Below, piece by piece: positions 54,245 through 64,000 of a stretch of DNA of 64,000 nt; within the stretch, counting starts at the first letter, position 1; every line of letters begins with the position of its first letter. The notes under the pieces are model-generated. The model saw only the letters and a program-made list of their open reading frames with translations, searched no databases and was not told where the DNA came from. Both the position numbers and the translations under genes were made by a program. Origin of the DNA: Phoronis australis (lineage: Eukaryota > Animalia > Phoronida); contig NMRA01000086.1 in assembly GCA_002633005.1 (NCBI GenBank), forward strand, positions 839,390 through 903,389. The letters are read 5' to 3'.

Positions 54245-56145
54245 ATGGAGGATATTCCCAACGGAGATGCAGAGAAGGGTGCAGCGATATTCAAGAATCG
54301 GTGTGCAATGTGCCACACGATACTGAAGAATAAGCCACACAAGGCTGGCCCCAATTTACATGGTCTCATTGGAAAAGAAACTGGGAGTGCCCCTGGCTAC
54401 AGTTACACAAGCGCTAACAAAAACAGAGGTAAAGGATTTCTGCAAGGGGGTTTGATGTAAAAGATTAAGCATACTGTCTATGGGCTGCGAAAAGGGCAAA
54501 AATAATAAATAGAAAATCCTCGAACCTAATTCGTAAAAATAAATCCTGTTCAGTTGGAGAAATCAATAACAACTTGTAAAATTCAATTGTGTTTGGAAAA
54601 TCAAACCTGTCGGTGGTAACGGAAACTAGCCAAGTGCGCAGAAAGGGCAAAATTACAAAATGTGGTTGATTTTCTATTTTTTGCACTTTCCGCCGCCCAT
54701 AGCTGTCATTATCAATAGAAATTTTGAAAAGTCCTGTAGAAAGAGCTAGATTATAAGCGAAATGCAGGTTCATTTCTCCCCAGTTAGCTTGCACTTAGAG
54801 AATTAAAAAATCTAAGTGGGCATTATTCTCATAAATAGGTCTCTAATATTGCTGTGACTGGGTTGTTTCAATTGCCAATAACAACATACTCACCAGAAAA
54901 GACGTATCAGTTTATTGGGGTTGACCAATTATAAAATTGTTAATTTGAAAAAGGGTAAATGTACAATATTGCCAGATTTTAGTTGGTGACGGAAAGAGAA
55001 TCTCATCTCATTTGCCTTTTTCTTAAGTGTCTCACATGTTCAAAATGTACTAACTACTCGATAACTCCAATGAGAAGTAAATTTCTGGTCCTGCAAAACT
55101 GTTTTTGTTTGAGACTATTATCTGGTGCAAAAAAATTACTTAGGTAGTGTTCAGCAGCTGTCTCGCGAGAAGAAAAATCGTAACCAAGATCACGTGCTCG
55201 GTCAATTGAATACAGGGCAATACATGGTGTAATCTCGCGAAGTCTTGGTTTTCTAGCGAGGTCCTAACATTACTGAATTCTACCCTGCTACAACATGCCA
55301 GAATGGTTGAACCTCATCTCAGCCAATAAATTGTCCTCTCAAAGTCCAACAATCATCTTTGAGGCACAATGCCAAGACCACCCATCAAAGTGAATGGTCC
55401 AAATCGATACTTACTTTATCACATCGAGAGACTGGGTTTCAGTGTCAAAATGTGCAAAAGAGAACTGGGAATTTACACTTGAAAGGTACATTTCAGGGAT
55501 TACCTGGACTCGTGAGACGCTATTTCAGTACCTAGAAGACCCCAGAAAATATATTCCAGGTAAGCGCAGAGCCTAGAGTACAGTTTGTTTTTCTCGAATT
55601 TAAAGACCATTCCAGATTGCACATTTCAAAGGTACTAATAGGTCCTAGGCAGCAGTAACACTGGGAATAATTGTCTGAATGGCAAATATTGATTCGTGAA
55701 CCCAAGATCTGTAATATGCACATTTGTGATTTTATCTGTATTTGAACCCCCGTGCAGCAGACACGAAGTCAAATTTCAACTTGAATACAGTTGGGCAACA
55801 ACGTTTGCTAAATATCACTGAGCTTCATTCAGGTCATGGGGTAACAATGTCCAATAACCAAATGGATGCTAATGCCCATATTAAAAAACATTGAAATTGT
55901 TTCGACTTTGAAAGAGGTTCTTAAAGTTGATGCTTTGAGTTGCTTTAAGTCTTAGACTTCGGAAAAACCTTTTAATTCAGTCGGGGAAATCCCGGATAGA
56001 AACGTATTTCAATATTTTAGAGATGATGGAAATTTTGTTTGAATTCCTTTACTTTGTAGGAACCAAAATGGTGTTTTTGGGAATCCGCAAAGCTCAAGAC
56101 AGGGCTGACTTAATTGCTTATTTGGAGACTGCATCACAAGGCTAA
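54245..56145 (+). CDS. CYCS: Cytochrome c paralog C (110 aa, most divergent)
   Basis: Exons 54245-54428, 55497-55559 and 56060-56145: [25 protein letters not shown]...GPNLHG...[54 protein letters not shown]. Confidence 0.95.
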
Positions 56146-56314
56146 TAGACAACTGACATTTATCAAAGATATGCCTCTCTGTATATGCAGACACGCAAAG
56201 ATCACTGAATGCACATTTAGTAAAGATGTGGATGTATGCACGTATTTCGACTTGTGTATAGAAACATACGCTTTTAAGTGAATTAAGCCGAACACACCTT
56301 TATATGAAATGTTG

Positions 56315-56555
56315 GCATGCTACAATATAAGCTTATGGTTGTAAGCAATACATCTAGCCAGACTGTGAGCGCATGTTACAATATAAGCTTATGGTTGTGA
56401 GCAATACATCTGGCCAGACTATAAGCGCATGCTACAATGTAAGGTTATGGTTGTGAGCAATACATCTGGCCAAACTATGAGCGCATGCTACAATACAGGG
56501 TTTTGGTTGTGAGCAATACATCTGGCCAGATTATGAACGCATGTTACAATAAGAT
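56315..56555. repeat. 56-bp tandem repeat, about 4.3 copies, downstream of cytochrome c paralog C
   Basis: gcatg(c/t)tacaatataagcttatggttgt... recurs at 56315, 56371, 56427, 56483 and 56539. Confidence 0.9.
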
Positions 56556-57778
56556 TGTCACCAAAGTATATGCATTTACATACGTGCAAAAAAACTTCAG
56601 ATCTTTTCGGAAAACAAATTTGAGTGAATGGACTTGGCAAGATGGCGCTTGGGGTTTTAGCGGCTTTAACAAGTCTTCTTAAGAATCCAATAATTAAATA
56701 CTCTCTCTTCCTCCATATGCTGATCCACCCACTCTCTTGCACAACCCGAATATAGGGTACGCTCTTGGACATTTCGTTGTTTTTCAAAGATGAAGATATT
56801 TCTACTAGTCTACAGAGCATTGCTTCCACCGAGCAATATTTTTGATCATTTACGATTTATGTGTGTTTTGTTGCATTTTGATGTTATGAGCAGTAGCGTT
56901 AATGGCTGTTAAATACAGTCTGTGTGTTTTGGACTCAGATATTGTACAAAACATCATTGGAAACTTGTATTGATTTATTAAAAAGATATTTTGCATCAAC
57001 TTGGAATCTCTGATTCTAATAGGGCTGAAACGGTTAACCAACGACCATGTTTTTTAGCTTTGTTGGTTCAGTTAACAGAACAAAACTTATCTTTAGGCTA
57101 ATAACAAGAAGTTGCAACATTTAAAATTAGAAAATGTTTCATCTTTCAAATAGAAATAATTACCATTATTCAAACCTCTCGGAACAGGGTTACACAGTTT
57201 CTTGAGGTGCTAAGTCACAAAGGGCATAGGAAGGCTAAGTACTGCTTCTAGTCTCAATTTTTTTAGTGCTCTGACATGTATCATTCACATTAATTTTCTA
57301 TCTAGATTTGCTTTTTGCCTTTCTTCTCTGACAAAATACCACAACTGAAAAACTTAAACCACCTGCCAAAAAACAAAACAAAGCCAAAAAGTTGGGGGAC
57401 CACATCAGCCCTAGATTCTAAGTGCTTAGGTGCCTTAAAACACAAGACCTAAAAACAACATGTAAGAGTAAAAAATAAAAAGTGGCGAAAACTGAAAATC
57501 CTTAACATCCATGAATCCCGACTAAGTACACTCACAATGTACACATTTTTTGCACTACACCAAAAGCTGTTCTTTCTTTGGAGCACAGGAGCTGTACTAG
57601 AAGATCTATTAATGTCAGTCTCAAGGGAGCATGCCCAGTCCAACTTTATCACGGAGCTGAAAGAACAAAGACAAGAGCTTACTTACAATGTGACGACCAC
57701 AGACTTAACACATGATTTAGATGACCAGAAATACAAAGTGTCACAGAGTATTAATAGCACTATGTGATTTGGTGCTGC

Positions 57779-58304
57779 TTAAGGTCACACAGGACCCTAT
57801 TGAAATGTTTTGCGACTTTAGGGAAATGTCTACAAAACTACAGATGTTAAGTCAGTAAAAGTATACATTTTATGAAATTAGACTAGAAAGACTGCAGAAA
57901 CTGCCTTTCGACTTCATATGAATCTGCCATTAATTGGGTCATGCGACCACAGATTTTTACAGAAATTTAGCAAAACGATATTGAGGTACATTCATAACAA
58001 AACCACAATATCAATGATACAAATGTTCAAGATATACATCAACCTTAAAAAGGCTGTTACTATTTTCAAAATAATCGTGTCAATTTATGTGACTTGAGTT
58101 TCTTCACAATGAAAGTCATATTCTTATAGCCCCTCAAGCAAAAGTGGAACATTTTAAAAAACGATTCCTAACGGTATTTTGGAGAACAGTCCATAAAGCC
58201 TAGTATCTGTAAGTTTCATGTAAATCCGAACAACCATTTGTGAGGCATGACGTTCCGAATTCAGCCAAATTCGGACCTTTCTCCAGGGTCCTACATAACT
58301 TTAA
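57779..58304. mobile_element. TTAA-flanked, Kolobok-like MITE
   Basis: TTAA-GGTCACACAGGACCCT at the left end and AGGGTCCTACATAACT-TTAA at the right form imperfect TIRs. Confidence 0.5.
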
Positions 58305-59787
58305 GGGGAAGTGTGTTTGCAGTAAAAATCTTAGCAGGAACTATAGATTAGACAGTATTGTATATAGTACTGTTAATACCTGATGAATAGTGAACAAGTT
58401 ATTCGCTGCAAAACATGCATGAAGTACACACAAAGCGGTAACAGTCACTTGGGTTCCAGATCTTGGGAACCATTTTCTCACTGAATAACGGTTATCAAAC
58501 AGGTTCTCAAAGTCAGGGACCCCTGTAAGTGACTATTGCCTAACAAAGCTGCATTAGTAGAATGTGTGCCTGAATACATTGTTATGGGTGATTACTACCC
58601 AGGAGTGCTATACTTTCTTATTTTCAACAATAGATAAATAGGTAATCTGAACAGAAAATAGCAAGATTGTCATTTCTCAAAGTTAGAATATGCAGACGAC
58701 ACTAAATGGAATGTTACCTCAACACAGAGCTTTGAAATTAATTAAGGGTTCAACGATTAATCAAATCGCGGGCGCAACCGATTTCGACATCAATACACTA
58801 AGGTCCATTTTTAGTTCCAATTTTGGTTGTTAGGCGTCCTACAAGCTTACGATGTTTGTACCTTCTGGAGTATTACGACATTAAACAAACAGCTTAGAAT
58901 TGTTCATTATTTGTAATCTTCAACAGTTTTCCCCTGGAGGAGATCTCGCATGTACTCAACGAAAAGTTGTAACCAGAAATAATCCCATTTTCATGAAGAA
59001 AAATTTAAAGTGAAAATACAAGATTGATATTGCTAAAGTTGCTTAAATTGGTACAAATGATAACTACTTAAATTTGAGAAAAAAAAATAATCAATTTCAT
59101 TATTTTAACAAGAATCTAATCTAAAATTATCAAAATCTTCCTAAAAACAATCAAATCGGGTGTATTGTCCCACGCCTAGTTGAAATGTGCTCACTGCATG
59201 AATTGACCTAACACAAGCTCCACCACCTTGCATAATGTCGACTAACAAACAATAAGTTTTACCCAGCAACATGTTGTTTGTCGGGTAAAATGGTGGCTTG
59301 GAAACGAGGGTGCGTCAAGAATGATGAGTTCTAAATGCTCAGTTAAGCTGTCACTCAAAATCCTGGCGATAGGTCAATTGCAAGTGGTAAAGATTAGAGC
59401 TAATTTTCAAACATTTCCATTCACTAGTCTAAGAGTGAGCATCACTGGTGAGAAATTAAAATTGAGTCTACAAAGTGCACTGCTATTAATCCTGAAATTA
59501 GTGAAAGCAATGCTGATAAGTATTGAGATAGCCGCAAAGAAAACTAAAATTGTCACTAGGGGGCACTGCATTGGTCGGATCAATCAAATAATGTACGCCA
59601 GTCATGTTCCCCTTAGCAGAAACTCATTTGCCAGGTTGAGAGGTGGACACCAAACAAAAAACGAAACGGCCTTTAGATAGCACAGCATACGTTGGAACTG
59701 TCTAAAGGTGGTCAAGTGCCACACATGCGTCACACTTGGTAATGTTTTGCTGCATGCAATGGTAGTCTTACTGAAGTGCCACGATAC

Positions 59788-62700
59788 CTCAGCAGGCGTA
59801 TTCTTCATACGATAGCTCATCAGAGCCTGCGTCAACTTGTTGGAGATCTCCAGCACTTGCGCAGCCTGCTCTTCCGTCTCCACTGAGCTTAGATCAGCCT
59901 ACAGTCAGAGAAACATCATAATGCCAATTTCAAAACCACAAATATTACAAAACAAAAAGCAGAACATCTGGATCTCGCAGGCTGCAAGGGGAAAGTGTCC
60001 GCCCGAACCTCAATAACAGCATCCTTACAAAGTTTTCATAGGGGTATACAGTGTGTGGACAAGTACGAACACATACAGCCAGGCATGTAGTCGCGCGTGT
60101 CAAAAACTGGAACATTTAAAAATTAGGAAAATACAGCTGTATCACAAAATGACGACTATCTGCACTACAACACTTTATAAGCATGCATACCTTTAACAAA
60201 ATTGGCCAAAATCCTCTTTCAATTGCAAGGGAGTTGGGAACAAAAGAATGGGACAATTTCAGTAAATTGCAAAGTGTCGACTATTCGTGCTACGGCACTA
60301 CATAAGCATACATTTTTGAAAGTTTGGTTGATCCCATTTGAAATGTAAGAACTGTGCACAAAAAAGACATAATGTCTACACGGACGTACTGAAGCCTACC
60401 ATTACTATATACCCTGTACCTTCAGCAGGGATAAAAACATTGTAAAGGTAATTATGAAACGTACCAGGTCGCCAAATGAATTATTAGACGGGGCAGCCAT
60501 TCGATAAGGGTCCGCTGTGTGCGACCATGAGGCAGTGGGTGGGTTCTGCTGTGATCGCGGGGGTGCTGGTGATCTACTGAAGGCAGAGCTACCCTGTGGA
60601 CCATGACAAAAGTATACAAATAAAACATTATAAGCAATGAGAACTGTTCTTCACTGATTATAAGTGAAGGGGTCGTAACCTACGACACCAGCTGTGACTC
60701 CCTTCTGTGTACCACCTCGTTCTAAAACCAGGTCAACTTGCTGCCAGAAACAAGGCCAGAGACTAGGATCTTTTTGGAGTGAGGGTGGAAACTAACAATA
60801 AAGATGTCTGCTATTGCTAATTACATCGAAAACTCTTATTTTGCTTTCACTTAAAATATTTTCCAAAAGCACATGTATTGAGCTACATGCTGATGTCTAC
60901 TTTCCTGTAGTTAATGGTGTACTTCACAGTGGTGTACTTCACAGCACATTCCATGGCCATATTCACACACATGGAATAAGGATGAAGAATATATATTATT
61001 TTATGGTAAGGCTAGACACCTGGGTTGGGTCCCATAAAACTTCGAAGTTATCCGCTGGATAAGTTTGATTGTTGCATGACGTCAGGTGCATTGTTCAACA
61101 ATAACAACGTGGCGCGTGATAATGCGAGGTCATTGTTGCTATGCAGTGTATAACTTTTATGCAACTAGGCCCTGGTTGGATTTGAAAGAACTAGCACTTG
61201 AGGGGCAGTGGTCCCAAGCGGGATGACAATAATAATAAGTAGTGGCATGTGAACAAGAAGGTAATGGAGTCAGATCTCGATGAGAACAGCATTAATTCAC
61301 AAAAAAATTTTAAAAGGAATTAAAATCGCATTACCATATCAGCGGTCAATAAGAATGTGTCATTGGTCAATATGGAGAGTTTCCAACTCCGAAACGCAAC
61401 CTTGGAAGTTCATGATATGTTCAAACCAAAAAGTAATGGGGGTTTAAGTGTACTATACTCCAGCTCAACAACTGACAGGCAATATCAGCCCTGGCATACA
61501 GTGCCACCTGCTGTCAGGATGGAAGAATGGAGACACAGCTAGTATAAGAAGACATTTATGAGCCAGTCTGCGACTGGTTAATAGATAAAGCAAAGCTAAA
61601 GACTCACATAGTAATCTTGATGGTAACTTTCATACCCCTCACCATAACCATAATCATAGCCTAGGCCATAACTGCAAGAAGGAAATGCACATGACAAATA
61701 AAAGTTAACAAACCTGTCAACACTACTTCTAACATTCACAATATATCTTACAAGAGCAACGCAGAGCGTTGAAATGCGCCCACAATTGCACCGCATACGG
61801 TATCCTTCTAGGGTTGTTTATTGGTACCATAAAGTGGCCAGTAGAGGGCATATATGTAGTACGTTGTACTTTGCAAAATGGAAAGGCATGGTCCTTGTCT
61901 CCTCAATAGGCTAGGGGCAAAATGTGAGTAATCTTCATAATACAAGCACATCCTATACACCAGTTGCTTAAAGCACCACAGAAACATAGAATTAAAAACA
62001 AATTTACCAACATACGAGATTAGCACAGCATTAGNGTTTTAGTTTCATTCTCACTAAACAGAGCGATCCAAACAAACATATAATAGCCTCTAGAGGGTGA
62101 ACAGCAAGACAGAAATGATCTCCGCAGCTGCCAACTGTCGATTCTTCAAACAGTTTAGAGGGTGGGAAGGCGGAAAACAATGAACAGATACAAAAACAAT
62201 AAAAAGGCCACTAGGGGCGCAACTTTGGTCAAATCTGTATGACACAGGGCTTGAGCTGTTGCCTACATTCTAGTAATCACATCCATTGATGAACTTGATA
62301 GATATCAAGAAAAATGTTAAGAAAAACAAATCTTGCCACAAGGAAACTCTGCAACAGTCAGATTTCGACTCAAAATACACGAAGAAACTTGGTAGACATT
62401 GAGTTATAGACAAAAAACAAAACTGCCACTAACTTCCAGGCACCACAATAGTTGAAGGTGTCCAAAAATCATCTATGTACTTCCAGAAAAAAATTCTCAT
62501 CAATGTCCTTTAGAGTGTTTTGGCCAATAGAGAGAGGGATGACAAAAACAAAATAAAAATGGCCGCTAGGTGGTGTACATTATGTCAATTCCATCTTGGA
62601 AGGTGGCATCGCTTCATTAACAGAAACCTATCAGCCAAATTTCATGAAAATCTGTCACAAAACTACCAGAAAGTTGTCTTTGTCCCTCGTCATCACTATA

Positions 62701-63320
62701 GAAACACATTGCCAAATTAAACAAAGATTCAGCAAAAGGTTTAGGAGATACAGCCACACTATTAAGAGCTGTACAAAATTATCGTCAGCCATGCTCTTCC
62801 TAATATGGACATATACGGCCATTTTTAATACTGATCCTAAGAGCGGTTTGGCCAATAAAGAGGTTTAAAAATGGTGACTAGAATATGTCGACTCCTTCCA
62901 AAAATGTGAAGGCGACGTTGTCTCCTTAACAGATACCTAGTTGCCAAATTTCATGAAAATCCATCAAGGAACTCCGAAGATAGAGACTAACATCAAAAAC
63001 AAACTTGCCAATCTCGAGCACACTGGTATTCAAATTCATCAGAAAACTCACTCATGCTATCCCAATCTGATAGAAACGTGTCTGCAAAATTTCTTGAACA
63101 TCCATTCACAGGTTTTGGAGATACAACATCAGACATCAAACGGGAATGAAGACATAATGTCGGAGCATAAACACCAAAATTCAAGAAAAAAAAAAATTCT
63201 AGAAACAACAAATTCCTTACCTATCCTGGTCATAATCATGATACGGTAGTGGTCTACCTCTTGCACTTGCCCCTCGGGCTCTCTTACTGGGTGGTCCTGG
63301 CTGGTAGTTACTTTCATAAC
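59788..63320 (-). CDS. Unidentified protein, 3' exons: Tyr/Gly/Pro-rich low-complexity region followed by a predicted helix; 5' exons outside the window, final stop uncertain
   Basis: Four AG/GT exons with matching phases. 63320-63221: GYESNYQPGPPSKRARGASARGRPLPYHDYDQD. 61671-61608: SYGLGYDYGYGEGYESYHQDYY. 60593-60465: GSSAFSRSPAPP...NNSFGDL. 59898-59788: ADLSSVETEEQAAQVLEISNKLTQALMSYRMKNTPAE; this frame could instead run on to 59602. Confidence 0.75.
59950..60438 (+). mobile_element. Helentron-associated (HINE-like) element
   Basis: Starts with AACAA and ends in actatataCCCTGtaccttcagCAGGGataaaaa, a short stem-loop followed by an A run. Confidence 0.4.
61022..61171. mobile_element. Second copy of the short Harbinger-like TIR element
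   Basis: Aligns by eye with 45206-45356. Confidence 0.65.
61751..63180 (+). mobile_element. Older copy of the same ACAAGAGCAACGC element family
   Basis: Starts acaagagcaacgcagagcgttgaaatgcgcccac, with repeated gccactagg / gccaaatttcatgaaaat motifs as in 18080-19436. Confidence 0.6.
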
Positions 63321-64000
63321 CTAATGGAAGCAACATGAAAGTTACGGTGCATGACTTGGGTGCAATCAGGTCACGCTATATAAGGAAGATATTTCTGGAA
63401 TATTACAGTGTAATTAGGGAATACTGCAGGACGATGGTATTTCAGGAATGCAAAATTACACCTCCCTTCAATGTTCCAAATTTCAAAATTAATAAATACT
63501 AAAAAGAAACAACTCCACGACATATACTTTGCTATTATCAATTCTGCAAAGAATTACACTAAAATCGACCAAGTCCTTCTCCAAACTATTCTTTTCATCA
63601 CATCATCTTTTATATTTGAAACAGTATTGAATCTAGACAGCAGGTGGCGTTGAAGCATTGTGCTTTTCATGTTTCCCTTCTCAGCCTCTGCACTGGATCA
63701 GTCTGCTCCACCCTACAACTACTCATCACTTACAACAATTCTCAAGCTTTAAGTGCATTTTCAAAACAAATTTGCAGACAGCATGTCATGCACAAAAACC
63801 TACATGAAGCAGCTACCAGAATAATTGTTTCTGGATGCCTGCTTCTTTCATATCTTTTCTCATTAAAAAAACTAAGGGATTGAAAATCTACCAGATACAA
63901 AATTCTACACAAGTCTTAACAACTCCTGCAAACTTACTGTCATCATTAGAGCCCCATTCCATCAGGCTGCTGGATGGTATCAGGCTGCTGGATGGTGTCC

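Noticed and set aside
56315-56555. CRISPR-like periodicity here and at 37681-37870
   Set aside because: Whole units repeat with no unique spacers, there are no cas genes, and the context is eukaryotic.

Overview
This is intron-rich animal genomic DNA, most likely from an invertebrate, in a draft assembly with an N gap at 30967-31808 and several single-N joins. It is not prokaryotic, and most ORF-track entries are spurious. Genes in order: (1) the 3' end of an integrin alpha subunit (+, 5 exons, 537-5673); (2) a secreted coiled-coil C-type lectin (-, 17583 to 14244/16009) with a duplicated terminal exon; (3) a nearly complete methylmalonyl-CoA mutase (-, 18 coding exons, 21406-38344; the ATG exon was not located); (4) three intact tandem cytochrome c paralogs (+, 42400-56145), head-to-head with the mutase; (5) the 3' part of an unidentified Tyr/Gly-rich protein gene (-, 59788-63320). 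Introns and intergenic DNA hold hAT-, Kolobok- and Harbinger-like MITEs, Helentron/pearl-like elements, a THAP-bearing TIR element, a tRNA-derived SINE and minisatellites. The most interesting signals are that the cytochrome c paralogs differ at residue 72 (Lys/Ala/Arg, including a natural K72A), that decaying 137-bp copies of a mutase exon end and its splice donor are stacked in the following intron, and that the lectin has two divergent ligand-binding terminal exons. All exon boundaries were read by eye and no database searches were run.
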